The notes under the pieces: model-generated | Databases searched by the model: none | Told to the model about the DNA's origin: nothing | The model's input: only the letters and a program-made list of their open reading frames with translations | Translations under genes and position numbers: made by a program | Source: Endomicrobiales bacterium | GTDB lineage: Bacteria > Elusimicrobiota > Endomicrobiia > Endomicrobiales > CAWCFT01 | Direction: 5' to 3' | Assembly: GCA_963794945.1 (NCBI GenBank) | Contig: CAWCFT010000004.1 | Location: forward strand, 224,001 to 288,000 | Length of the DNA: 64,000 nucleotides | In this document: in pieces, positions 21,061 to 31,661 of the stretch | Position numbering within the stretch: position 1 is the first letter of the stretch | Layout of the letters: each line of letters begins with the position of its first letter

Positions 21061-22367
21061 TATTTCAATATTTTGGCCGTTATGATAACTGTGAGCTCGG
21101 TTCTGATCTTCTCTTTATCGGATCTTTTGAAAAGGTTCCCAAGAATTGGAATATCTCCAAGCAGCGGCACCTTGTATTCCGTGTTTGTATCTTCCTCTTT
21201 CACAAGCCCGCCGATTACCGCTGTTTCCCCGTTCTCCATCATGAACGTTGTGTCCGTCTTGCTTGTATATACAGTTGGAGTGCCGTCGCTGGCGATGCTC
21301 ACTATTGAACTCTGTTCGGGCGAAATGTCAAGGATTATTGTGCCGTCCCTGTTTATTTGAGGCCTTACTTTTAGTTTTATTCCCACTTCCTTGAAGGCTA
21401 CGACCGAGCTTACTATTCCCGTACCAATACCGGTGGTGCTCTGAGACGCGTAAGGCACTTCCTCTATTATATTTATGGTCGCTTCTTTGTTATTGATAAC
21501 GACGAGTCTCGGGTTAGTAAGTATCTTGGCGTTTGTATCTGTCTGGAGCGCTTCGATATACGCCTGAACGTTCATGTCACCGCTAAGTAACGCAACCCTT
21601 AAACCGCTTCCCGGCGTGCCGGCGTTGAGAAATCCTGGGGAAAATGACTGTGTGTAACCCACCTGTGGCTGAGCGCTCGTGACCGTTGTAGCTGCACTCC
21701 CCTGCAGACTGCTCGTAAGGCTCAATGGACTTGTGTAGGTCTGATTAGTCCTGTACAAAGTTGTGTCAACACCGATTTGAGTATGGTTGTCTATCTTTAC
21801 GTCTATTATTTTGGCCTCCAACAATACCTGGAGCGGCGGGACATCCAGCGCCTTGATCAACTGGTCTATTTCATCGATATTGTTAGCCGTGTCATTCACT
21901 ATAATTGCATTGCTCTTTTCGGCTGAAGATATCGTACCGTTCTTGGAAAGCTTGGTTTTCAGCACCGGTTCAAGTTCTTTTGCTGTTGGGAAATTGAGGA
22001 AAAATACCTTCGAAACCGTCGTGACCACTGTATCGGTCTTGCTTTTTATCACATATATATTCGTTTCACCCTGCCGCACATAATAGAGATTGTAAGTGTC
22101 CAACAGCGCGTTTATGGCTTCCTCCGGCGTTACTTCTTTTAACGACAGAACTATCCTTCTTTTCGCAAGATCACTGTCGGTTATAAATTTATAACCTGTC
22201 TTCAAGCTCAAGACACTGATGACTGTGCTTAAAGGCGTATCAGGGAAATCTAGTGAAATAAGCCTTTTCTGGCTTTCGTCTAATACCGTCGCGTTCGCGT
22301 ACACAATATTGGCCAAGAACAGCGCACAAAACAACAAACCCAATGACCTTTTCACGTAAACCTCCAT
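21060..22367 (-). CDS. pilQ: Secretin (PilQ/GspD family)
   Basis: Signal peptide, ISLDF N0 domain, IKALDVPP.QVLLEAKI, AKILTNP, FKEVGIKLKVRPQI, KVPLLGDIPILGNLFK, ELTVIIT. Confidence 0.9.
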   Translation of the reverse strand: MEVYVKRSLGLLFCALFLANIVYANATVLDESQKRLISLDFPDTPLSTVISVLSLKTGYKFITDSDLAKRRIVLSLKEVTPEEAINALLDTYNLYYVRQGETNIYVIKSKTDTVVTTVSKVFFLNFPTAKELEPVLKTKLSKNGTISSAEKSNAIIVNDTANNIDEIDQLIKALDVPPLQVLLEAKIIDVKIDNHTQIGVDTTLYRTNQTYTSPLSLTSSLQGSAATTVTSAQPQVGYTQSFSPGFLNAGTPGSGLRVALLSGDMNVQAYIEALQTDTNAKILTNPRLVVINNKEATINIIEEVPYASQSTTGIGTGIVSSVVAFKEVGIKLKVRPQINRDGTIILDISPEQSSIVSIASDGTPTVYTSKTDTTFMMENGETAVIGGLVKEEDTNTEYKVPLLGDIPILGNLFKRSDKEKIRTELTVIITAKILK

Positions 22368-22374
22368 TTTACCA

Positions 22375-23322
22375 CTATTTTTTAAGTTCATAAGTCCGCC
22401 CCTTCCAGGTTACCGAAACACTATCCTTATTTATTTTTTCTATGGTGACATCGTTGCACTCTTCTTTTTCTTTGAAAGCCTTGCCTTCAATAACAACGAC
22501 CGGGGTCGAAGGATCCCAGAAAATACTGTCTATCATAATAGGAGGCATATTCGGCGCCGGTTTTGGCTTGGTAGGCTTATTTACCTCCGGTTTTCTCACT
22601 TCCACAGCTTTCTCCGGTATAAATATCGTTTGCAAATACGCCATAGGATCCCTGTCCGATGTTATCTGCGCCGAACTCGCGTCATTCTGTTTTGTTTCTA
22701 TTTCCCTTCTCACCTCGGAAGCGTCGTTGTAAAGGTCAAAAATATCCTTCCCAGCGAGCGGCGGCATTTGTACCGATCCTGAAGTATCCGGCGATATCGC
22801 GGATATCCTGACAGTAGCCTTGCTCTCCCCCCGGTCTTCGCCGCTCGTGATCTGAAGGGTCTCCACCTTAAAGTCTTTTTCAAGCAGCGTAAAGAATGTG
22901 CATATATCCCTGTAATCAGACGTAAAACTTATATCCAAGTATTTTCTCCCTCCTGCGTCTATGGGCGCGATCTTATCGAGCTTGACCTTTGACTCAACAA
23001 ACATCGCGCTTATCTGGTCAAGATATGTGTTCTGGGATTTCTGCCCGCCGGCCATCAAATTCGCATATTCGGGCAGAAGACCGTCGATATTGTCTCCCGC
23101 CTGCAGCAAAGTGTTCTTAAATACCCCAAAATTCTCGTACTTGGCATGCTTCTCGCCCGCGGTAATGATACCTGTTGATATAACATTCAATTTTTTTGTG
23201 TAATTAGCCACGGTGAAGTAGTAATAGATCGTAAGGCCCAGGGCTATAGCAACGGCGTATCCGGCAAGCTTTAGCCATATGCCTGCCGACGCGTCTATTT
23301 TAAGTGATCTTAAATTATTCAT
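22375..23322 (-). CDS. PilO-like protein with a PilP/GspB-like C-terminal domain
   Basis: N-terminal TM, coiled coil, ISFTSDY..I.TFF..LE PilO-like core; C-terminal IDSIFWD...PVVVIEG...VTIEKI...SV.V..KG; lies between pilN and the secretin. Confidence 0.6.
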   Translation of the reverse strand: MNNLRSLKIDASAGIWLKLAGYAVAIALGLTIYYYFTVANYTKKLNVISTGIITAGEKHAKYENFGVFKNTLLQAGDNIDGLLPEYANLMAGGQKSQNTYLDQISAMFVESKVKLDKIAPIDAGGRKYLDISFTSDYRDICTFFTLLEKDFKVETLQITSGEDRGESKATVRISAISPDTSGSVQMPPLAGKDIFDLYNDASEVRREIETKQNDASSAQITSDRDPMAYLQTIFIPEKAVEVRKPEVNKPTKPKPAPNMPPIMIDSIFWDPSTPVVVIEGKAFKEKEECNDVTIEKINKDSVSVTWKGRTYELKK

Positions 23323-23909
23323 TTTTTCACTTCACTTAATGGAAGTACTATCTTGAATATCTCGACATCATTTTTATTTAAATGCTTCCTTTCATGCGAC
23401 TCCAGCTTCACGCCTTTTCCTATATACTTGTCATTTTCAAGGCTGGCTATAAAATTATCGACGTCCTTGAACCCCTTCTGTTCATTCGGGATGGTTATTA
23501 TCTCAATGAAAAAATTCTTTTTGTTCTGGTCCATTTCGACCACTACCCTGTCCAAACACATGCCTGGCGGCAGCAGGTTTGAAAATTCCTTTAGTCTCGC
23601 GCTCCAGGTGCTGCGCGCGTTCACCAGCGCATAAACTGACCTAAGCTTTCCGCAGTACTCCACCCATACTTTCTCCATGTCTTCCATACCGTACATTCTT
23701 CTTTTTTCTTGTATTGATGCCTCAATGGAAGAAAGATCTTTCCGGGCAACCGACAGTTTCTTTGTCAAGTTATAAAAATTATAACTGATGCCCATAAAAA
23801 CCAGTATCGCGGCAAAGTACAGGATCCTTGAATACCTCGAATATAGCCTTCGGGTTTCAATGAATTTTATTTTGCTCTTAATGAGGTTAAGTTCTAGGAT
23901 TTTTGCCAT
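23319..23909 (-). CDS. pilN: PilN-like pilus assembly protein
   Basis: ELNLI N-terminal motif, one TM, coiled coil, WS..L..FS.LLP; follows pilM. Confidence 0.75.
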   Translation of the reverse strand: MAKILELNLIKSKIKFIETRRLYSRYSRILYFAAILVFMGISYNFYNLTKKLSVARKDLSSIEASIQEKRRMYGMEDMEKVWVEYCGKLRSVYALVNARSTWSARLKEFSNLLPPGMCLDRVVVEMDQNKKNFFIEIITIPNEQKGFKDVDNFIASLENDKYIGKGVKLESHERKHLNKNDVEIFKIVLPLSEVKK

Positions 23910-24898
23910 TCTCTTACCGCAAGGCCAAGCGCGACGCTCAGCGAACTTCCGAATTCTTTCTTAGCGCCTTCACCGGATTCAACATGGTCCAGCGGGTTCC
24001 ATTTAGCTGACACTATCCCCAGCGCTTCTGACATAAAATTATCTATGCCTTCGACATCCGATGTGCCGCCCGTGATCAATATCTTATCAACATTGATTAT
24101 TCTTTTTCTTCCTATACAGTATTCCATCGATCTGTAAACCGCTTCAAGCAGGTCCGGCATGCTTTTTCTCAGCACGTTCTTGATATTGAGGCCAAGTTCT
24201 TTCCAAAGGTCAGGGCGTTTTTTTATTTCCTCAGCGGAGTCTGCCGGGATACCGTAAATATCCGCGATCTCCGCCGTTATATTGGCGCCGCCAAAATTTA
24301 CGTTCCTTATGAAACGCAGCGATCCGGAGTCAATTACGGATATGTTCGTGAAAGTGTGCCCGATGTTCAAAAGCACTGCAGTCTGGCTGGATGCGCTCTT
24401 GTCAAGAGCTATGTAGCAGTTCGCCGCGGCAAAATTGTCGATATCAATTAGCTCGATATTCAACCCCGAATGCTCTATGACCGAGACCTGCCTGTCTACC
24501 AACACAGAAGGCACGGCGATGAATAATATATCTTTCTTGCCCTTTTCTATTGTTGCGAGCTCCTGGTAATCGGAATACATGGTGGCTATATCAGCGGACA
24601 CCGACTGCCTGGCTTCAATAAGCACAGCGCCTTCCATCTCTTCGTCGCCTAGCGGCGCGATCTCGAAATTCCTCGCTATTATCTGGCTGCCCCCTATTGA
24701 AGAAGCGGCTCTCTTATCAAGCGGAAAGCTCTCTTTTGCCATAGCCCTCAGCTTCGATGAAATCAGGGCTTCATGTCTTTCGCCGGCCCCCTGTACGGGG
24801 TTTAGCCTCATGACGGCAGAGCGGATATTGTAATTCCCTCCGTTCTTTTCGAGGCTGGCAAGTTTAATGTATTTCGTTCCTATATCTATGCCAATCAC
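23894..24898 (-). CDS. pilM: Type IV pilus assembly protein PilM
   Basis: IGIDIGT.YIKL, LLNIG, FGG..IT, ILITGG.S, WNPL, ALGLAVR. Confidence 0.92.
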   Translation of the reverse strand: MIGIDIGTKYIKLASLEKNGGNYNIRSAVMRLNPVQGAGERHEALISSKLRAMAKESFPLDKRAASSIGGSQIIARNFEIAPLGDEEMEGAVLIEARQSVSADIATMYSDYQELATIEKGKKDILFIAVPSVLVDRQVSVIEHSGLNIELIDIDNFAAANCYIALDKSASSQTAVLLNIGHTFTNISVIDSGSLRFIRNVNFGGANITAEIADIYGIPADSAEEIKKRPDLWKELGLNIKNVLRKSMPDLLEAVYRSMEYCIGRKRIINVDKILITGGTSDVEGIDNFMSEALGIVSAKWNPLDHVESGEGAKKEFGSSLSVALGLAVREWQKS

Positions 24899-25479
24899 TG
24901 TATTATCCTCTTTACCGGCCTTTCATAATATGAATTCTGTATAACCCTGTACGTAAAACTTGAACCGATTGTTGACCAAACGCTGGCCGCAGCCGAGCTT
25001 ACACAAACTATCTCTGTGATATTCTTTGTCGTAACGAATGTTGAACCAGGGTTTACTCCCACGGTCATAATACCGGAAGAACTTATGCAGTAGTAACCGT
25101 AGGAGCTAAAACCAAAGTCCCGCGGTTTTACAGTACTGACATTTGGGTTTTGGGATGGCACTATTTGAACAGCTATCTGAGCTGTCATGCCGCCGGCACC
25201 AGGATAAGTTATGGTTTGAGGAGCAAATGGGCTCCAAGCCCCCCTGCCATTCCCATGCACATCCCATTCAGGAAATTCTTGTGCGTTCACAAGCCACCCT
25301 TTCATCATATCTATACCACCATCCGCTTGATAGTACGCCCTTGAATTTATCAGCTCTGTCCTTGAAGCCAGCGCTTCCATTCCGAATATGTATATTACCG
25401 CAAGGCCAACGGTTGTAAGAATCATCAAGAATATTAGTACCAGTAACAGTACCGCTCCGCCCGGGCCTTTTTTTTTCAT
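24895..25479 (-). CDS. PilX/GspK-like minor pilin
   Basis: G|AVLLLVL prepilin-like N-terminus without Glu5; RAYYQADGGI. Confidence 0.7.
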   Translation of the reverse strand: MKKKGPGGAVLLLVLIFLMILTTVGLAVIYIFGMEALASRTELINSRAYYQADGGIDMMKGWLVNAQEFPEWDVHGNGRGAWSPFAPQTITYPGAGGMTAQIAVQIVPSQNPNVSTVKPRDFGFSSYGYYCISSSGIMTVGVNPGSTFVTTKNITEIVCVSSAAASVWSTIGSSFTYRVIQNSYYERPVKRIIQ

Positions 25480-26100
25480 TATTTGAGGTTCCTGGTCTTG
25501 ATATTGAATGTTGTTGTCGATATCATCACCTGTGACGTGTCGCCGTTCAGCAGTTGTTTTGACTGTACTATGTCGATCTGGACGTTCGTTGTCGGGTTCG
25601 AATCTATCGCCGTTATATACATGCTTTGCACGTTCTGCAGTAATATTAGTGTAGTTGGAGGATTATGTGTATATGTAGTGTTCCCCGAGCTCGGGTCAGT
25701 GTACGCGTACCAATAATCATAAAGCACCTCGCTATCGTTGTTGTCCATGCGGTACCGGTTAAGCTTATAAACGTCGCCGTTATTCCTGTCTATCTCGTTG
25801 AACATCATGCTTTGCTTGTCAGAACGATATTTCAAACGGCTCTGGAGACATAGTGAATGGTTCACCCGAGCCAGTGAACGTTGCCGGCATCGTTATCGCG
25901 CTCCGGATATGATATTCCATATTCTTCTTTGCCGCCCTCGAGCCCTGCAGGACCTGCGCCATATGGGACGCCTTCACCCACGATTGGTTCGCGTATATTA
26001 TTATCATCGCTATAGTGATGAACAAGATGGAGCTTATTATCATAGTGATGATAAGCTCGACAAGGCTTAATCCTGCTTGGTCCCATTTATTTTTACCCAT
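25479..26100 (-). CDS. PilW/PulJ-like minor pilin, frameshift near 25850
   Basis: G|LSLVELII prepilin motif in 25819..26100; continues in 25479..25865 to ...IKTRN. Confidence 0.75.
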
Positions 26101-26113
26101 TTTATTACCACGC

Positions 26114-26536
26114 TTAGGATTGCCACGGCGGACCTGGAAATTTATATGAAACTATTGTCACGAGACTGACGCTCTTCTGCGCCCCGCCCGCGCTTGGCGA
26201 GTTCCATGTCACTAAGGTTACTACCTGTTCACACCCGCTAAGCGCACCCGGTAAAACCGTCACAGTGTGGGAAAGATTAAACGCAACATTGCTGTTTGAG
26301 TACTGATACTGGGGAGGCGCGGTGTAATTCACGGCCCCGTCCGGTCCATATCCGCCTTGAATTTTCACCTGTTCCATATCGTCTTCGGCCAACTGAAGGG
26401 CGAAATTAGTCTCATCAGCCCCAGATAGCGGTTTTTTCCCCATGCTGAAAAAAGTAAGCCCGCCGACCATTGCCACTGCGAAAATGATCGAGGCCACCAT
26501 CACTTCAACTAGCGTTGTGCCCTTATTGTTATTCAT
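26114..26536 (-). CDS. PilV-like minor pilin
   Basis: G|TTLVEVMVA prepilin motif; A.QLAE..ME; V.LVTW. Confidence 0.8.
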   Translation of the reverse strand: MNNNKGTTLVEVMVASIIFAVAMVGGLTFFSMGKKPLSGADETNFALQLAEDDMEQVKIQGGYGPDGAVNYTAPPQYQYSNSNVAFNLSHTVTVLPGALSGCEQVVTLVTWNSPSAGGAQKSVSLVTIVSYKFPGPPWQS

Positions 26537-26617
26537 ATTAAATCTCAGCACCGCATCCCGCCGGAAGCGAGATGCGGCATAAGATACTGCAAGGGTTTAC
26601 CATGACAAGCTGGTTTG

Positions 26618-27019
26618 TTATAAACCTGCCGGGTTTGTCGTAACGGTGTCTGGTGCTCCATCTGTATGAGCCAGTGTGACCAATATTACAGGTGTAGCCG
26701 CAGCGTTGCCATTGACCATTACTGTGTAGGTGTTCGCGGCCAGGTTACTAATTGTTATAGTCGGGAAATACCTGCTTTCATTAACAGAAGTAAGCACGTC
26801 AGCGGCGGTCCATCCAACATAGGTGCCGTTCGCCGCAGAATACATCTTTGCGGAGACAAACAAAGTATGGCAAAGCTCTTTGCCTTCCGAAGCTTTCGCC
26901 CTATTTGTGTAACTCGTGTAAAGTGGCAAGGATATCGCGGCAAGAATACCGATAATAACCACAACGACCATCAGCTCGACAAGCGTAAAACCTTTTACGG
27001 ACTTAAGCATCTTTTCCAT
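26618..27019 (-). CDS. Type IVa pilin (copy 2)
   Basis: [33 protein letters not shown] before ATG 27019. Confidence 0.92.
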   Translation of the reverse strand: MEKMLKSVKGFTLVELMVVVVIIGILAAISLPLYTSYTNRAKASEGKELCHTLFVSAKMYSAANGTYVGWTAADVLTSVNESRYFPTITISNLAANTYTVMVNGNAAATPVILVTLAHTDGAPDTVTTNPAGL

Positions 27020-27120
27020 TTTGCCTCCTCTTCCCTTATATTTTTGATCGCATTCCAAAATTTTGCTTTATTACGTTAAAAACCACCCCCCCCAAAAAAA
27101 ATTGATTCCTTTTTTACTAC

Positions 27121-27522
27121 TCACAGATTTACCGGAGTAGTAACACCGTTTACCGTCATAGTTTCAGTGGGAGACGCGTTAGCGGGCTGAGTATAAGTTA
27201 TCGTTATTGTTGTGCCATTGAAAACGGCCGTGGTAGAAACCGAGAAAGTTGTCGCAGTAAGGGTCGGCGTTGTAAAACTTGTGAAATGGGCGTTCTGCGC
27301 TGCGTTAACTACAGTGGGGTCAAAACCAATATATGTGCCGTTATCCGCGTAAAACATCTTTAGCGCGGTTGCAACCGAGCTTACAAGGGCTTTGCCTTCG
27401 GCCGCGTCCGCCTGTTGAACGTAACCATTATAGATCGGTATAGATATCGCGGCAAGTATCCCTATGATAACAACGGTGACCATCAGCTCAACAAGAGTAA
27501 AACCTTTTGAAGATTTAAACAT
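27121..27522 (-). CDS. Type IVa pilin (copy 1)
   Basis: [26 protein letters not shown]. Confidence 0.92.
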   Translation of the reverse strand: MFKSSKGFTLVELMVTVVIIGILAAISIPIYNGYVQQADAAEGKALVSSVATALKMFYADNGTYIGFDPTVVNAAQNAHFTSFTTPTLTATTFSVSTTAVFNGTTITITYTQPANASPTETMTVNGVTTPVNL

Positions 27523-27589
27523 TTTCGCTCCCTGCTTTATATTTTTTACCGCTGCTTTGCCTTATTCTAAACAATTTGTCTCGCAAACA

Positions 27590-28813
27590 TTATTTTGACA
27601 TCGCCATGCCCATTTTAAATATCGGCAGGTATAAGGCTACAACCACGACGCCAACGATCCCGCCCAGGCCCACTATCAGCACGGGTTCTATTATTGAACT
27701 CATCGAGTTGACCGCTGCCTCTACTTCATCATTATAATAATCAGAGAGCTTTTCGAACATTTCGTCCAGCTGTCCTGTTTTTTCACCGACAGCCGTCATG
27801 CGCGACACCATCCTGGGGAAAACTTTGATCCTTTCCATTTCATCCGAAATTGTTGACCCCTCGACTACCTTGTTCTTTACCAAAGTTATCTTGCTTTCTA
27901 TATAAACATTATCGGCCACTTTCGCCGCGATCTCCAGGGAACTGACGACGTCATTACCGCTCCTTATAAGCGTGGCGAGCGTCTGGAAGAACCTCGCGTA
28001 CACAACCCTCATCATTATTTTTCCGAATATCGGGACCTTCAAGAGCATAGTATCGAAGATCATCCTTCCGGACTCTGTCTTATAGGCCATCGTTGCCGCA
28101 ACTGCCAATAATCCGCTCCCCGCAACCACTATCGGCAGGTTCTTTAGCGCGATCGTGCTTATCGCCATGACTATCTGCGTAGGCAACGGCAGTTCCGCGC
28201 CGAACGAAGCGAACATCACCTTGAACCTGGGTATCAGAAAAAGCACTATGCCGGCAAGCGCGAGAGTGAAAAATCCCGCGACAAACAGCGGATAAGAGCT
28301 TGCGGACTGTACTTTTCTCTTAAGCTTTACGCTTGCCTCCAGGTACTTGGCGAGGTCCTGAAGTATCCTGCCAAGTTTCCCTGACCGTTCTCCTGCTGCT
28401 ATAAGCGCCACAAAAACCCTGCCGAACGTGCTCTGATATTTTTTCATGGAGTCCGAAAGCGTGCTCCCGCCTCGTATATCCGTCGCGATATTCTTTAGTA
28501 TCTTGGAGAGCCTCATATTGATGGACATTTCCCCCACATCTTCCACGGCATCGACAATAGTGACCCCGGCGTTTATAAGCGTTGAGAACTGCCTGCAGAA
28601 TATAGCCACGTCCTGGCTTTTAATGCCTCCGCTTTTCGCGCCCTGGGGCTTCTTCTCTGCCGCGGCGAATTTTTCTCCTGACTCAACTACGGAAAAGACC
28701 ACAAGGCCTTCGCCGCTAAGCATGGTTATGACCTCTTTGTCGGACGCCGCCGTCCTGGTGCCCTCGATGAGCTCGTTTTTCGCGTTCCTTGCTTTGAAAT
28801 AATATTTAGGCAT
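27590..28813 (-). CDS. pilC: Type IV pilus platform protein PilC (GspF family)
   Basis: FCRQFSTLINAG, AGERSGKL, ASSYP, LPLPT, GEKTGQLD, IEP, LYLPIF. Confidence 0.94.
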   Translation of the reverse strand: MPKYYFKARNAKNELIEGTRTAASDKEVITMLSGEGLVVFSVVESGEKFAAAEKKPQGAKSGGIKSQDVAIFCRQFSTLINAGVTIVDAVEDVGEMSINMRLSKILKNIATDIRGGSTLSDSMKKYQSTFGRVFVALIAAGERSGKLGRILQDLAKYLEASVKLKRKVQSASSYPLFVAGFFTLALAGIVLFLIPRFKVMFASFGAELPLPTQIVMAISTIALKNLPIVVAGSGLLAVAATMAYKTESGRMIFDTMLLKVPIFGKIMMRVVYARFFQTLATLIRSGNDVVSSLEIAAKVADNVYIESKITLVKNKVVEGSTISDEMERIKVFPRMVSRMTAVGEKTGQLDEMFEKLSDYYNDEVEAAVNSMSSIIEPVLIVGLGGIVGVVVVALYLPIFKMGMAMSK

Positions 28814-29888
28814 GGTTTATACCCAGGAGCTTATACAGCTCCTTATCCCTTTTCGTTTTTAACAGCGCGAACTCCTGGTTAACAATTCCTTTTTTCACAA
28901 GCTCAGCCAGCGACTGGCTCATGGTCTGCATACCGTAGTTCGTTCCGATCTGCACATGGGAATATATCTGCTCGACCTTGTTCTCTCTGATAAGGTTTTG
29001 AATAGCCGGTGTTACTACCATGACCTCTGAAGCGAGAATACGGCCGGTCCCATCCAGCCTCGGCATAAGCATCTGGTTGACGACGCCCACAAGTGTTGTG
29101 GAAAGCTGAGCGAGTATCTGCGACAGTTGGTTACCCCCAAAAACGTCTATTATCCTTCTGAGAGATTCGCTCGTGTCGCCCGTATGCAGCGTGGCAAAAA
29201 CAAGATGCCCTGTTTCCGCTATCGTCAGTGCGGACATAATGGTCTCCGTGTCCCTCATCTCGCCGATGATAACTATATCCGGGTCTTCGCGGAGCACGAA
29301 TTTAAGGGCGTCTATGAAGTTGGGAGTGTCATTTCTGACCTCGCGCTGGTGTATGAGGCTCTGGACATTTTTGTGGACGTACTCTATGGGGTCTTCTATG
29401 GAAAGCACGTGGCATCTGCGGTTATTGTTGATATAGTCTACCATTGAGGCAAGGGTTGTGGTTTTTCCGCTGCCGACCGGGCCGCAGATAAGTACGAGCC
29501 CGTGAGGCAGGTTACAGAAACGTTTTATCGGTTCGGGCGGCAGGCCCAGGTTTTCAAGCTCAATTATCTTCATCGGCAGGAGCCTGATCGCGGCAGCTAA
29601 AGTCCCCCTCTGCTGGTAGAGGTTCACCCTGAAACGGCCCAGGCCGGTCTCGCCGAAAGAAAAATCGAGGGTCTTGTCTGCCTCGTAAGTCTTCTTTTCA
29701 TCCGGCGTCAGCAAGCTGTATATGAGGTTATGGCATTCTTCCTGTGAGAAAGGGTTGTAATCCGTTTGTATTATATGCCCGTTGACCCTTATAAACGGAG
29801 GGACACCAACACCTATGTGGAGGTCGGATGCGCCTTGATCAATTACATAACGGAGCATATCAACGAATTTATCGCGCCAGAAATCCAT
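28806..29888 (-). CDS. pilT: Pilus retraction ATPase PilT
   Basis: ASDLHI, GPVGSGKTTT, EDPIEY, LREDPD, GEMRD, AETGHLV..TLH, AIQNLIRE, GMQTM. Confidence 0.94.
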   Translation of the reverse strand: MDFWRDKFVDMLRYVIDQGASDLHIGVGVPPFIRVNGHIIQTDYNPFSQEECHNLIYSLLTPDEKKTYEADKTLDFSFGETGLGRFRVNLYQQRGTLAAAIRLLPMKIIELENLGLPPEPIKRFCNLPHGLVLICGPVGSGKTTTLASMVDYINNNRRCHVLSIEDPIEYVHKNVQSLIHQREVRNDTPNFIDALKFVLREDPDIVIIGEMRDTETIMSALTIAETGHLVFATLHTGDTSESLRRIIDVFGGNQLSQILAQLSTTLVGVVNQMLMPRLDGTGRILASEVMVVTPAIQNLIRENKVEQIYSHVQIGTNYGMQTMSQSLAELVKKGIVNQEFALLKTKRDKELYKLLGINHA

Positions 29889-29970
29889 AAACTCATTCCT
29901 TAAAAAATCTATTCGCCCAAAATTTTAGAACTTCGTTCGATCCGCATAACAGTTCAACTATTCGGCCTGT

Positions 29971-31661
29971 TTAGACCGCTGCCGATGTGACGGACAGAAC
30001 TTCTTCTATCGTGGTTATGCCCGCAATGAGTTTATCTATCGCGACTTCGCGCAGAGTCCTCATGCCTTCTTTCGCTGCCTGCTGCTTTATTATTAAATCG
30101 CCTTCGCCTGAGAGTATCATCTTTTTTATATTGCTGGAAAGCTTCAGCACTTCATTAACGGTCGTTCTTCCCCTGTAACCGGTGCCGTAACAGGCGTCGC
30201 AGCCGGCCCCGTGGCAGAACTTTATCCACCGCTTTCGAGGTTGAGCCTGTCAAGCAGGGCCTGCGGTATCTCAACTTCCCGTTTGCAGTTGGGGCATATT
30301 TTGCGCATAAGCCTCTGCGCTATGACAAGGTCAACTGCATCCGCTATAAGTATGGGCTCGATGCCCATGTATGACAGGCGGCTGAGCGAGCTTACCGCGT
30401 CGTTGGTGTGCAGTGTTGACAGGACAAGGTGGCCCGTGAGCGCGGCCTGGATTGCGATTTCGGCGGTTTCCTTGTCGCGGATTTCGCCGACCATAATTAT
30501 GTCCGGGTCCTGCCTCAGCACCGAGCGCAGGACACCCGCGAACGTAAGGCCTATGGTTGGCTTAACCTGTACCTGGTTTACCCCTTTTAGTTCATACTCA
30601 ACGGGGTCTTCAGCGGTAACTATGTTCTTGTCCGGAGTATTTATAAAATTGAGCCCCGTGTAAAGCGTAGTAGTTTTTCCGCTGCCGGTGGGGCCGGTAA
30701 CAAGTATCATACCGTAGGGTTTCTGAAGGGCTTCCTTGAACTTTTCGGAATCTCCCGGAGAGTACCCGAGGTCGTTTATGGTCAGCGATATGTTGGTCCT
30801 GTCGAGCACCCTCATGACGACCTTCTCGCCGTAAAGCGTTGGTAGCGTCGAGACACGGACGTCGATCTTTTTATCACTAATTTTTATTTTGCATTTTCCG
30901 TCCTGGGGAAGCCGGCGTTCTGAGATATCGAGGTTAGCCATGATCTTGATCCTCGACACTATGGCTGAATAAAATTTTCTGGGAGGCGATGTTGATTCTT
31001 TAAGCCTGCCGTCAAGCCTCATTCTAAGAGAGACCCCATTTTCTTCGGGTTCTATGTGTATATCGCTTGCTCCCTTTGTCACGGCTTCATACAGCAGTGC
31101 GTTTACATATTTTATAACCGGGGCCACGTCCGCGGCCTCCACATCGTTCCCCGATATCTCTTCCGATTCCTTTATCTCACTGACAGCGTCGCCGGCGGCC
31201 TCGTTAGCATTTATGAACCCGCCTGCGTACAGTTTCTCGATGGACTCCCTGATCTCTTTTTCAGAAGAAAGCACCACCGAAACTTTCAGCCTGGTCTCCG
31301 CTTCCACGTCATCTATAGCCGCCATGTTCGAAGGGTCGGCCATCGCTACCTTTAGCGTGTTATCGTTCTTTGAAATTGGCACCAGCAGGAATCTTCTTGC
31401 TGTTTTCTCGGGGATTATCTTCAGAAGGTTTTCGTCGATCTTCAACTCATTAAGCTTCATGAGCGGTATCCTGAACGATTCGGCGAGGGATTTAAGGAGG
31501 TTTTCTTCGGTTACAAAACCATGCTTTAAAAGCAGGGTCCCTATATTTTCTTTAGTTGACTGCTGCTCTAAAAGCACTTGCTTTAACTGTTCCTTGGTAA
31601 TATGGTTATTCGCGAGAAGTATTTCGCCAAGATATTTTTTTCTAAGAGGCGCTATAGCCAT
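29971..31661 (-). CDS. pilB: Pilus extension ATPase PilB (GspE family), frameshift near 30228
   Basis: MshEN-like N-terminus, ASDIHIEP, GPTGSGKTTT, LRQDPD, AQRL..KICPNC. The C-terminus (GAGCDAC..TGYRGR...TTIEEV) continues in another frame to TAA at 29971. Confidence 0.94.

Noticed and set aside
21060..31661. Pure type II secretion system
   Set aside because: PilT, PilM/PilN and type IVa pilins indicate a retractile pilus; a secretion role cannot be excluded but is not shown by the sequence.
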